A DNA stretch of 64,000 nt from the human T2T-CHM13v2.0 reference genome, Homo sapiens (GCF_009914755.1 NC_060937.1); one strand, 5' to 3'. Positions 16,001 to 32,160 are shown, numbered from the stretch's first letter. Numbers and translations: made by a program. Notes: generated by a model not told the origin, from the sequence alone.

Positions 16001-18171
16001 ATTCTGTACATAAAATATCAAAGTACACCAAATATATATTATATGCTGTACATAATATATTAAAGTTGCCCATATATACATTATATACTGTACATAAAAT
16101 ATGAACGTACATCAAATATATAGTATATGCTGCACATAAAATATCAAAGTACCCAAAGTATGTATTATACACTGTACATAAAATATCAAAGTACCAAAAG
16201 TATATATTACATACTGTAAATAAAATATGAAGGTACCTCAAATATATATTATATTCTGTACATAAAATATCAAAGTACACCAAGTATATACTATATACTC
16301 TGCATAAAATATTAAATTACCCAAAATATGTATTGCATTGTGTACATAAAATATGAAAGTAACCAAACATTTATAATAAACTGTACATAAAATATCAAAG
16401 TACTCAAACTGTATATTATATACTGTACATAAAGTATCAAAGTACCCAAACTGTGTAGTATATACTGTACATAAAATATCAAGGTACCCAAAATATATAT
16501 TGTAAACTGTAGATAAAATATCAAAGTACCCAAAATATATATTATATACTGTACATAAAATATGAAGGCACATCCAATATATATTATATTCTGTACATAA
16601 AATATCAAAGTACACCAAATGTATATTATATACTGTACATAAAATATCAAAGTACCCAAAGTGTATATTATATACTGTACATAAACTATGAAGGTTCATC
16701 AAATATATTTTATATTCTGCACATAATATATCAAAGTACAGCAAATATATATTATATACTGTACATAAAATATCAAAGTACCCAAAATATGTATTATATA
16801 CTGTACATAAAATATGAAAGTAACCAAACATTTATAATAAACTGTACATAAAGTAACAAAGTACTCAAACTACATATTATATACAGTATATAAAATGTCA
16901 AATTACCCAAACTGTATATTATATACTGTACATAATATATCAAAGTACCCGAATATATAGCATACTGTACATAAAATATCAAGGTACCCAAAGTGTGTAT
17001 TATACACTGCACATAAAATATGAAGGTACATAAAATATATATTGTATTCTGTACATAAAATATCAAAGTACTCCAAATATATATTATACGCTGTACATAA
17101 TATATTAAAGTCGCCCAAATATATATTATATACTGTACATAAAATATGAAGGTACATCAAATATATATTATATGCTGCACATAAAATATCAAAGTACCCA
17201 AAGTATGTGTTATATACTGTACATAAAATATCAAAGTACCCAAAGTATATATTATATACTGTACATAAAATATAAAATACCCCAAATATATATTATATGC
17301 TGTACATAAAATATCAAAGTACACAAAATATGTATTATATACTGTACATAAAATACCAAAGGACCCAAAATATATATTATATACTGTACATAAAATATCA
17401 AAATACCCAAAATATATATTATATACTGTACATAAAATACCAAAGTACCCAAAGTATATATTATATACCGTACAAAAAATATCAAAGTAGCCAAAATATG
17501 TATTATACACTGTACATAATATATGAAAGTACCCAAACATTTATAATAAACTGTACATAAAATATCAATGTACTCAAACTATATATTATGTGCGGTACAT
17601 AAGATATCAAAGTACCCATACTATATAGTATATACTGTACTTAAAATATCAAAATACCCAAAATATATATTATATACGTTACATAAACTATCAAATACAC
17701 AAAGTATGTATTATATACTGTACATAAAATAGCAAAGTTCCCAAAATATGTATTATATACTGTACATAAAATATGAAAGTACCCAACCATTTATAATAAA
17801 CTCTACATAAAATACCAAAGTACCCAAACTGTGTATTATATACTGTCCATAAAATATCAAAGGACCCAAAATATATATCGTAAACTCTACATAAAATATC
17901 AAAGTAGCCAAAATACATATTGTATACTGTACATAAAATATAAAAGTACCCCAAATATATATTATATACTGTACATAAAATATCAAAGTACCCATAATAC
18001 ATATTATATACTGTACATAAAATATCAAAGGACCCAAAATAAACATTATATACTGTACATAAAATATCCAAATACTCAAAATATATATTACATACTGTAC
18101 ATAAAATATCAAAGTACCCAAATTATGTACTATATACTGTATGTAAAATATCAGAGTACCCAAAATATGCA
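13070..18171 (+). repeat. Two B-length units fused by the same 924-bp deletion (5102 bp)
   Basis: 5102 = 3013 + 3013 - 924. Junction at ~15794-15820 is identical to that at ~3274-3300. Confidence 0.85.
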
Positions 18172-21100
18172 TTATATACTGTACATAAAATATGAAAGTA
18201 ACAAAACATTTATAATAAACTGTACATAAAATATCAAAGTACTCAAACTATATATCATATACTGTACATAAAATATCAAAGTACCCAAACTGTGTATTAT
18301 TATATACTGTATATAAAATATCAAAGTACCTGAAATATATATTGTATACTGTACATAAAATATCAAAGTACCCAAAATATATACTATATACTGTACATAA
18401 AATATGAAGGTACATCAAATATATATTATATCCTGTACATAAAATAACAAAGTACACCTATTATATATTGTGTACTGTACATAATATATTAAATCGCCCA
18501 AATATATATTGTATACTGTATATAAAATATGAAGGTACTTCAAATATATATTATATGCTGCACATAAAATATCAAAGTACCCAAGGTATGCATTACATAC
18601 TGTACATAAAATATCAAAGTACACAAATTATATATTATATACTGTACATAAAATATGTAGGTTCATCAAATATATTTTATATTCTGTACATAATATATCA
18701 AAGTACATCAAATATATATTATATACGGTACATAAAATATCAAATTACCCAAAATATATATTATTTACTGTACATAAAATATGAAAGTAACCAAACATTT
18801 ATAATAAACTGTACATAAATTATCAAAGTACTCAATCTACATATTATATACAGTATATAAAATATCAAAGTACACAAACTGTATATTATATACTGTACAT
18901 AATATGTCAAAGTACCCAGAATATATAGCATACTGTACATACAATATCAAAGTACCCAAAATATATATTGTATACTGTACATAAAATATGAAGGTACATC
19001 AAAGATATATTATATTCTGTACATAAAATATCAAAGTACACCAAATATATATTATATGCTGTACATAATATATTAAAGTTGCCCATGTATACATTTTATA
19101 CTGTACATAAAATATGAAGGTACATCAAATATATAGTATATGCTGCACATAAAATATCAAAGTACCCAAAGTATGTATTATATACTGTACATAAAATATC
19201 AAAGTACCAAAAGTATATATTACCTACTGTAAATAAAATGTGAAGATACCTCAAATATATATTATATTCTGTACATGAAATATCAAAGTACACCAAGTAT
19301 ATACTATATACTCTACATAAAATATTAAATTACCCAAAATATGTATTGTATTGTGTACATAAAATATGAAAATAACCAAACATTTATAATAAACTGTACA
19401 TAAAATATCAAAGTACTCAAACTTTATATTATATACTGTACATAAAGTATCAAAGTACCCAAACTGTGTAGTATATACTGTACATAAAATATCAAGGTAC
19501 CCAAAATGTATATTGTAAACTGTAGATAAAATATCAAAGTACCCAAAATATATATTATATACTGTACATAAAATATGAAGGCACATCCAATATATATTAT
19601 ATTCTGTACATAAAATATCAAAGTACACCAAATGTATATTATATACTGTACATAAAATATAAAACTACCCCAAATATATATTATATACTCTACATAAAAT
19701 ATCAAAGTACCCAAAATATATATTATATACTGTACATAATATATCAAAGTACCCATAGTATGTATTATATCCTGTACATAAAATATGAAAGTACGTCAAA
19801 TATATATTCTATTCTGCACATAAAATATCATATTGCACCAAATATATATTGTATACTGTATATAAAATATGAAGGTACTTCAAATATATATTATATGCTG
19901 CACATAAAATATCAAAGTACCCAAAGTATGCATTATATACTGTACATAAAATATCAAAGTACCCAAAGTGTATATTATATACTGTACATAAAATATGAAG
20001 GTTCATCAAATATATTTTATATTCTGCACATAATATATCAAAGTACAGCAAATATATATTATATACTGTACATAAAATAACAAAGTAACAAAAATATGTA
20101 TTATATACTGTACATAAAATATGAAAGTAACCAAATATTTATAATAAACTGTATATAAAATATCAAAGTACTCAAACTACATATTATATACAGTATATAA
20201 AATATCAAAGTACCCAAACTATATATTATATACTGTACATACTATATCAAAGTACCCAAATATAGAGCATACTGTACATAAAATATCAAATTACCCAAAA
20301 TATATATTGTATACTGTACATAAAATATGAAGGTACATCAAAGATATATTATATTCTGTACATAAAATATCAAAGTACACCAAATATATATTATATGCTG
20401 TACAGAATATATTAAAGTCGACCAAATGTATATTATATAGTGTACATAAAATATGAAGGTACATCAAATATATATTATATGCTGCACATAAAATATCAAA
20501 GTACCCAAAGTATGTATTATATACTGTACATAAAATATCAAAGTACCCAAAGTATATATTATATACTGTACATAAAATATAAAATACCCCAAATATATAT
20601 TATATGCTGTACATAAAATATCAAAGTACACAAAATATGCATTATGTACTGTACATAAATTATCAAAGGACCCAAAATATATATTATATAGTGTACATAA
20701 AATATCAAAATACCCAAAATATATATTATATACTGTACATAAAATACCAAAGTACCCAAAGTATATATTATATACTGTATAAAAAATATCAAAGTAGCCA
20801 AAATATGTATTATACACTGTACATAATATATGAAAGTACCCAAACATTTATAATAAACTGTACATAAAATATCAATGTACTCAAATTATATATTATGTGC
20901 GGTACTTAAGATATCAAAGTACCCATACTATATAGTATGTACTGTACTTAAAATATCAAAATACCCAAAATATATATTATATACGTTACATAAACTATCA
21001 AATACACAAAGTATGTATTACATACTGTACATAAAATAGCAAAGTTCCCAAAATATGTATTATATACTGTACATAAAATATGAAAGTAACCAACCATTTA

Positions 21101-21478
21101 TAATAAACTCTACATAAAATACCAAAGTACCCAAACTGTGTATTATATACTCTCCATAAAATATCAAAGTACCCAAAATATATATTGTCAACTGTACATA
21201 AAATATCAAAGTAGCCAAAATATATATAGTATACCGTACATAAAATATAAAAGTACCCCAAATATGTATTATATACTGTACATAAAATATCAAAGTACCG
21301 ATAATACATATTATATAGTGTACATAAAATATCAGAGGACCCAAAATAAACATTATATACTGTACATAAAATATCCAAATACTCAAAATATATATTACAT
21401 ACTGTACATAAAATATCAAAGTACCCAAATTATGTATTATATACTGTACATAAAATATCAGAGTACCCAAAATATGCA
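18172..21478 (+). repeat. Higher-order unit A (3307 bp)
   Basis: Internal landmark spacings 589+585+755+709+250+419 = 3307. Confidence 0.9.
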
Positions 21479-24400
21479 TTATATACTGTACATAAAATAT
21501 GAAAGTAACAAAACATTTATAATAAACTGTACATAAAATATCAAAGTACTCAAACTATATATCATATACTGTACATAAAATATCAAAGTACCCAAACTGT
21601 GTATTATTATATACTGTATATAAAATATCAAAGTACCTGAAATATATACTGTATACTGTACATAAAATATCAAAGTACCCAAAATATATACTATATACTG
21701 TACATAAAATATGAAGGTACATCAAATATATATTATATCCTGTACATAAAATATCAAAGTACACCTATTATATATTGTGTACTGTACATAATATATTAAA
21801 TCGCCCAAATATATATTGTATACTGTATATAAAATATGAAGGTACTTCAAATATATATTATATGCTGCACATAAAATATCAAAGTACCCAAAGTATGCAT
21901 TACATACTGTACATAAAATATCAAAGTACACATATTATCTATTATATAATGTACATAAAATATGAAGGTTCATCAAATATATATTATATTCTGTACATAA
22001 TATATCAAAGTACATCAAATATATATTATATACTGTACATAAAATATCAAAGTACCAAAAATATGTATTATATACTGTACATAAAACATGAAAGTAACCA
22101 AACATTTATAATAAACTGTACTTAAAATATCAAAGTACTCAATCTACATATTATATACAGTATATAAAATATCAAAGTACACAAACTGTATATTATATAC
22201 TGTACATAATATATCAAAGTACCCAGAATATATAGCATACTGTACTTAAAATATCAAAGTACCCAAAATATATATTGTATACTGTACATAAAATATGAAG
22301 GTACATCAAAGATATATTATATTCTGTACATAAAATATCAAAGTACACCAAATATATATTATATGCTGTACATAATATATTAAAGTTGCCCATATATACA
22401 TTATATACTGTACATAAAATATGAACGTACATCAAATATATAGTATATGCTGCACATAAAATATCAAAGTACCCAAAGTATGTATTATACACTGTACATA
22501 ATATATCAAAGTACCAAAAGTATATATTACATACTGTAAATAAAATATGAAGGTACCTCAAATATATATTATATTCTGTACATAAAATATCAAAGTACAC
22601 CAAGTATATACTATATACTCTGCATAAAATATTAAATTACCCAAAATATGTATTGCATTGTGTACATAAAATATGAAAGTAACCAAACATTTATAATAAA
22701 CTGTACATAAAATATCAAAGTACTCAAACTGTATATTATATACTGTACATAAAGTATCAAAGTACCCAAACTGTGTAGTATATACTGTACATAAAATATC
22801 AAGGTACCCAAAATATATATTGTAAACTGTAGATAAAATATCAAAGTACCCAAAATATATATTATATACTGTACATAAAATATGAAGGCACATCCAATAT
22901 ATATTATATTCTGTACATAAAATATCAAAGTACACCAAATGTATATTATATACTGTACATAAAATATCAAAGTACCCAAAGTGTATATTATATACTGTAC
23001 ATAAAATATGAAGATTCATCAAATATATTTTATATTCTGCACATAATATATCAAAGTACAGCAAATATATATTATATACTGTACATAAAATATCAAAGTA
23101 CCCAAAATATGTATTATATACTGTACATAAAATATGAAAGTAACAAAACATTTATAATAAACTGTACATAAAGTATCAAAGTACTCAAACTACATATTAT
23201 ATACAGTATATAAAATGTCAAAGTACCCAAACTGTATATTATATACTGTACATAATATATCAAAGTACCTGAATATATAGCATACTGTACATAAAATATC
23301 AAAGTACCCAAAGTGTGTATTATACACTGCACATAAAATATGAAGGTACATAAAATATATATTGTATTCTGTACATAAAATATCAAAGTACTCCAAATAT
23401 ATATTATATGCTGTACATAATATATTAAAGTCGCCCAAATATATATTATATACTGTACATAAAATATGAAGGTACATCAAATATATATTATATGCTGCAC
23501 ATAAAATATCAAAGTACCCAAAGTATGTGTTATATACTGTACATAAAATATCAAAGTACCCAAAGTATATATTATATACTGTACATAAAATATAAAATAC
23601 CCCAAATATATATTATATGCTGTACATAAAATATCAAAGTACACAAAATATGTATTATATACTGTACATAAAATACCAAAGGACCCAAAATATATATTAT
23701 ATACTGTACATAAAATATCAAAATACCCAAAATATATATTATATACTGTACATAAAATACCAAAGTACCCAAAGTATATATTATATACCGTACAAAAAAT
23801 GTCAAAGTAGCCAAAATATGTATTATACACTGTACATAATATATGAAAGTACCCAAACATTTATAATAAACTGTACATAAAATATCAATGTACTCAAACT
23901 ATATATTATGTGCGGTACATAAGATATCAAATTACCCATACTATATAGTATATACTGTACTTAAAATATCAAAATACCCAAAATATATATTATATACGTT
24001 ACATAAACTATCAAATACACAAAGTATGTATTATATACTGTACATAAAATAGCAAAGTTCCCAAAATATGTATTATATATATTATAAATATGTACATAAA
24101 ATATGAAAGTACCCAACCATTTATAATAAATTCTACATAAAACACCAAAGTACCCAAACTGTGTATTATATACTGTCCATAAAATATCAAAGGACCCAAA
24201 ATATATATTGTAAACTCTACATAAAATATCAAAGTAGCCAAAATACATATTGTATACTGTACATAAATTATAAAAGTACCCCAAATATATATTATATACT
24301 GTACATAAAATATCAAAGTACCCATAATACATATTATATACTGTACATAAAATATCAAAGGACCCAAAATAAACATTATATACTGTACATAAAATATCCA

Positions 24401-24501
24401 AATACTCAAAATATATATTACATACTGTACATAAAATATCAAAGTACCCAAATTATGTATTATATACTGTACGTAAAATATCAGAGAACCCAAAATATGC
24501 A
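21479..24501 (+). repeat. Higher-order unit B' (3023 bp)
   Basis: Lacks the 7-monomer A block. Carries the 10-bp insertion at 24080-24090. Confidence 0.9.
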
Positions 24502-27500
24502 TTATATACTGTACATAAAATATGAAAGTAACAAAACATTTATAATAAACTGTACATAAAATATCAAAGTACTCAAACTATATATCATATACTGTACATA
24601 AAATATCAAAGTACCCAAACTGTGTATTATTATATACTGTATATAAAATATCAAAGTACCTGAAATATATATTGTATACTGTACATAAAATATCAAAGTA
24701 CACATAATATATACTATATACTGTACATAAAATATGAAGGTACATCAAATATATATTATATCCTGTACATAAAATATCAAAGTACACCTATTATATATTG
24801 TTTACTGTACATAATATATTAAATCGCCCAAATATATATTGTATACTGTATATAAAATATGAAGGTACTTCAAATATATATTATATGCTGCACATAAAAT
24901 ATCAAAGTACCCAAGGTATGCATTACATACTGTACATAAAATATCAAAGTACACAAATTATATATTATATACTGTACATAAAATATGTAGGTTCATCAAA
25001 TATATTTTATATTCTGTACATAATATATCAAAGTACATCAAATATATATTATATACGGTACATAAAATATCAAATTACCCAAAATATGCATTATTTACTG
25101 TACATAAAATATGAAAGTAACCAAACATTTATAATAAACTGTACATAAATTATCAAAGTACTCAATCTACATATTATATACAGTATATAAAATATCAAAG
25201 TACACAAACTGTATATTATATACTGTACATAATATGAAAAAGTACCCAGAATATATAGCATACTGTACATACAATATCAAAGTACCCAGAATGTATATTG
25301 TATACTGTACATAAAATATGAAGGTACATCAAAGATATATTATATTCTGTACATAAAATATCAAAGTACACCAAATATATATTATATGCTGTACATAATA
25401 TATTAAAGTTGCCCATGTATACATTTTATACTGTACATAAAATATGAAGGTACATCAAATATATAGTATATGCTGCACATAAAATATCAAAGTACCCAAA
25501 GTATGTATTATATACTGTACATAAAATATCAAAGTACCAAAAGTATATATTACCTACTGTAAATAAAATATGAAGATACCTCAAATATATATTATATTCT
25601 GTACATGAAATATCAAAGTACACCAAGTATATACTATATACTCTACATAAAATATTAAATTACCCAAAATATGTATTGTATTGTGTACATAAAATATGAA
25701 AGTAACCAAACATTTATAATAAACTGTACATAAAATATCAAAGTACTCAAACTTTATATTATATACTGTACATAAACTATCAAAGTACCCAAACTGTGTA
25801 GTATATACTGTACATAAAATATCAAGGTACCCAAAATGTATATTGTAAACTGTAGATAAAATATCAAAGTACCCAAAATATATATTATATACTGTACATA
25901 AAATATGAAGGCACATCCAATATATATTATATTCTGTACATAAAATATCAAAGTACACCAAATGTATATTATATACTGTACATAAAATATAAAACTACCC
26001 CAAATATATCTTATATACTCTACATAAAATATCAAAGTACCCAAAATATATATTATATACTGTACATAATATATCAAAGTACCCATAGTATGTATTATAT
26101 CCTGTACATAAAATATGAAAGTACGTCAAATATATATTCTATTCTGCACATAAAATATCATATTGCACCAAATATATATTGTATACTGTATATAAAATAT
26201 GAAGGTACTTCAAATATATATTATATGCTGCACATAAAATATCAAAGTACCCAAAGTATGCATTATATACTGTACATAAAATATCAAAGTACCCAAAATG
26301 TATATTATATACTGTACATAAAATATGAAGGTTCATCAAATATATTTTATATTCTGCACATAATATATGAAAGTACAGCAAATATATATTATATACTGTA
26401 CATAAAATATCAAAGTACCCAAAATATGTATTATATACTGTACATAAAATATGAAAGTAACCAAACATTTATAATAAACTGTACATAAAGTATCAAAGTA
26501 CTCAAACTACATATTATATACAGTATATAAAATGTCAAAGTACCCAAACTGTATATTATATACTGTACATAATATATCAAAGTACCCAAATATATAGCAT
26601 ACTGTACATAAAATATCAAAGTACCCAAAATATATATTGTATACTGTACATAAAATGTGAAGGTACATTAAAGATATATTATATTCTGTACATAAAATAT
26701 CAAATTACACCAAATATATATTATATGCTGTACATAATATATTAAAGTCAACCAAATATATATTATATACTGTACATAAAATATGAAGATACATCAAATA
26801 TATATTATATGCTGCACGTAAAATATCAAAGTATCCAAAGTATGTATTATACACTGTACATAAAATATCAAAATACCAAAAGTATATATTACATACTGTA
26901 AATAAAATATGAAGGTACCTCATATATATATTATATTCTGTACATAAAATATCAAAGTACACCAAGTATATACTATATACTCTGCATAAAATATTAAATT
27001 ACCCAAAATATGTATTGTATTGTGTACATAAAATATGAAAGTAACCAAACATTTATAATAAACTGTACATAAAATATCAAAGTACTCAAACTGTATATTA
27101 TATACTGTACATAAAGTATCAAAGTACCCAAACTGTGTAGTATATACTGTACAAAAAATATCAAGGTACCCAAAATATATATTGTAAACTGTAGATAAAA
27201 TATCAAAATACCCAAAATATATATTATATACTGTACATAAAATATGAAGGCACATCCAATATATATTATATTCTGTACATAAAATATCAAAGTACACCAA
27301 ATGTATATTATATACTGTACATAAAATATCAAAGTACCCAAAGTGTATATTATATACTGTACATAAAATATGAAGGTTCATCAAACATATTTTATATTCT
27401 CCACATAATATATCAAAGTACAGCAAATATATATTATATACTGTACATAAAATATCAAAGTACCCAGAATATGTATTATATACTGTACATAAAATATGAA

Positions 27501-28853
27501 AGTAAGCAAACATTTGTAATAAAATGTACATAAAGTAACAAAGTACTCAAACTACATATTATATACAGTATATAAAATGTCAAAGTACCCAAACTGTATA
27601 TTATATACTGTACATAATATATCAAAGTACCCGAATATATAGCATACTGTACATAAAATATCAAAGTACCCAAAGTGTGTATTATACACTGCACATAAAA
27701 TATGAAGGTACATAAAATATATATTGTATTCTGTACATAAAATATCAAAGTACTCCAAATATATATTATATGCTGTACATAATATATTAAAGTCGCCCAA
27801 ATATATATTATATACTGTACATAAAATATGAAGGTACATCAAATATATATTATATGCTGCACATAAAATATCAAAGTACCCAAAGTATGTGTTATATACT
27901 GTACATAAAATATCAAAGTACCCAAAGTATATATTATATACTGTACATAAAATATAAAATACCCCAAATATATATTATATGCTCTACATAAAATATCAAA
28001 GTACACAAAATATGTATTATATACTGTACATAAAATACCAAAGGACCCAAAATATATATTATATACTGTACATAAAATATCAAAATACCCAAAATATATA
28101 TTATATACTGTACATAAAATACCAAAGTACCCAAAGTATATATTATATACCGTACAAAAAATATCAAAGTAGCCAAAATATGTATTATACACTGTACATA
28201 ATATATGAAAGTACCCAAACATTTATAATAAACTGTACATAAAATATCAATGTACTCAAACTATATATTATGTGCGCTACATAAGATATCAAAGTACCCA
28301 TACTATATAGTATATACTGTACTTAAAATATCAAAATACCCAAAATATATATTATATACGTTACATAAACTATCAAATACACAAAGTATGTATTATATAT
28401 TGTACATAAAGTAGCAAAGTTCCCAAAATATGTATTACATACTGTACATAAAATATGAAAGTACCCAACCATTTATAATAAACTCTACATAAAATACCAA
28501 AGTACCCAAACTGTGTATTATATACTGTCCATAAAATATCAAAGTACCCAAAATATATATTGTAAACTGTACATAAAATATCAAAGTAGCCAAAATACAT
28601 ATTGTATACTGTACATAAAATATAAAAGTACCCCAAATATATATTATATACTGTACATAAAATATCAAAATACCCATAATACATATTATATACTGTACAT
28701 AAAATATCAAAGGACCCAAAATAAACATTATATACTGTACATAAAATATCCAAATACTCAAAATATATATTACATACTGTACATAAAATATCAAAGTACC
28801 CAAATTATGTATTATATACTGTACATAAAATATGAGAGTACCCAAAATATGCG
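24502..28853 (+). repeat. Higher-order unit C (4352 bp, 104 monomers)
   Basis: A-type head followed by a B-type body. 4352 = 3013 + 1339. Confidence 0.88.
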
Positions 28854-31800
28854 TTATATACTGTACATAAAATATGAAAGTAACAAAACATTTATAATAA
28901 ACTGTACATAAAATATCAAAGTACTCAAACTATATATCATATACTGTACATAAAATATCAAAGTACCCAAACTGTGTATTACTACATACTGTATATAAAA
29001 TATCAAAGTACCTGAAATATATATTTTATACTGTACATAAAATATCAAAGTACCCAAAATATATACTATATACTGTACATAAAATATGAAGGTACATCAA
29101 ATATATATTATATCCTGTACATAAAATATCAAAGTACTCCTAATATATATTGTGTACTGTACATAATATATTAAATCGCCCAAATATATATTGTATACTG
29201 TATATAAAATATGAAGGTACTTCAAATATATATTATATGCTGCACATAAAATATCAAAGTACCCAAAGTATGCATTACATACTGTACATAAAATATCAAA
29301 GTACACAAATTATATATTATATTCTGTACATAAAATATGTAGGTTCATCAAATATATTTTATATTCTGTACATAATATAACAAAGTACATCAAATATATA
29401 TTATATACGGTACATAAAATATCAAAGTACCCAAAATATGTACTATTTACTGTACCTAAAATATGAAAGTAACCAAACTTTTATAATAAACTGTACATAA
29501 AATATCAAAGTACTCAATCTACATATTATATACAGTATATAAAATATCAAAGTACACAAACTGTATATTATATACTGTACATAATATATCAAAGTACCCA
29601 GAATATATAGCATACTGTACATACAATATCAAAGTACCCAGAATGTATATTGTATACTGTACATAAAATATGAAGGTACATCAAAGATATATTATATTCT
29701 GTACATAAAATATCAAAGTACACCAAATATATATTATATGCTGTACATAATATATTAAAGTTGCCCATGTATACATTTTATACTGTACATAAAATATGAA
29801 GGTACATCAAATATATAGTATATGCTGCACATAAAATATCAAAGTACCCAAAGTATGTATTATATACTGTACATAAAATATCAAAGTACCAAAAGTATAT
29901 ATTACCTACTGTAAATAAAATATGAAGATACCTCAAATATATATTATATTCTGTACATGAAATATCAAAGTACACCAAGTATATACTATATACTCTACAT
30001 AAAATATTAAATTACCCAAAATATGTATTGTATTGTGTACATAAAATATGAAAGTAACCAAACATTTATAATAAACTGTACATAAAATATCAAAGTACTC
30101 AAACTTTATACTATATACTGTACATAAAGTATCAAAGTACCCAAACTGTGTAGTATATACTGTACATAAAATATCAAGGTACCCAAAATGTATATTGTAA
30201 ACTGTAGATAAAATATCAAAGTACCCAAAATATATACTATATACTGTACATAAAATATGAAGGCACATCCAATATATATTATATTCTGTACATAAAATAT
30301 CAAAGTACACCAAATGTATATTATATACTGTACATAAAATAAAAAACTACCCCAAATATATATTATATACTCTACATAAAATATCAAAGTACACAAAATA
30401 TATATTATATACTGTACATAATATATCAAAGTACCCATAGTATGTATTATATCCTGTACATAAAATATGAAAGTACGTCAAATATATATTCTATTCTGCA
30501 CATAAAATATCATATTGCACCAAATATATATTGTATACTGTATATAAAATATGAAGGTACTTCAAATATATATTATATGCTGCACATAAAATATCAAAGT
30601 ACCCAAAGTATGCATTATATACTGTACATAAAATATCAAAGTACCCAAAGTGTATATTATATACTGTACATAAAATATGAAGGTTCATCAAATATATTTT
30701 ATATTCTGCACATAATATATCAAAGTACAGCAAATATATATTATATACTGTACATAAAATAACAAAGTAACAAAAATATGTACTATATACTGTACATAAA
30801 ATATGAAAGTAACCAAATATTTATAATAAACTGTATATAAAATATCAAAGTACTCAAACTACATATTATATACAGTATATAAAATATCAAAGTACCCATA
30901 CTATATATTATATACTGTACATACTATATCAAAGTACCCGAATATATAGCATACTGTACATAAAATATCAAATTACCCAAAATATATATTGTATACTGTA
31001 CATAAAATATGAAGGTACATCAAAGATATATTATATTCTGTACATAAAATATCAAAGTACACCAAATATATATTATATGCTGTACAGAATATATTAAAGT
31101 CGACCAAATGTATATTATATACTGTACATAAAATATGAAGGTACATCAAATATATATTATATGCTGCACATAAAATATCAAAGTACCCAAAGTATGTGTT
31201 ATATACTGTACATAAAATATCAAAGTACCCAAAGTATATATTATATACTGTACATAAAATATAAAATACCCCAAATATATATTATATGCTGTACATAAAA
31301 TATCAAAGTACACAAAATATGCATTATGTACTGTACATAAATTATCAAAGGACCCAAAATATATATTATATAGTGTACATAAAATATCAAAATACCCAAA
31401 ATATATATTATATACTGTACATAAAATACCAAAGTACCCAAAGTATATATTATATACTGTATAAAAAATATCAAAGTAGCCAAAATATGTATTATACCCT
31501 GTACATAATATATGAAAGTACCCAAACATTTATAATAAACTGTACATAAAATATCAATGTACTCAAACTATATATTATGTGCGGTACTTAAGATATCAAA
31601 GTACCCATACTATATAGTATGTACTGTACTTAAAATATCAAAATACCCAAAATATATATTATATACGTTACATAAACTATCAAATACACAAAGTATGTAT
31701 TACATACTGTACATAAAATAGCAAAGTTCCCAAAATATGTATTATATACTGTACATAAAATATGAAAGTACCCAACCATTTATAATAAACTCTACATAAA

Positions 31801-32160
31801 ATACCAAAGTACCCAAACTGTGTATTATATACTCTCCATAAAATATCAAAGTACCCAAAATATATATTGTCAACTGTACATGAAATATCAAAGTAGCCAA
31901 AATATATATAGTATACCGTACATAAAATATAAAAGTACCCCAAATATGTATTATATACTGTACATAAAATATCAAAGTACCGATAATACATATTATATAC
32001 TGTACATAAAATATCAGAGGACCCAAAATAAACATTATATACTGTACATAAAATCTCCAAATACTCAAAATATATATTACATACTGTACATAAAATATCA
32101 AAGTACCCAAATTATTTATTATATACTGTACATAAAATATCAGAGTACCCAAAATATGCA
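28854..32160 (+). repeat. Higher-order unit A (3307 bp)
   Basis: Landmark spacing 3307, A block present. Confidence 0.9.
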
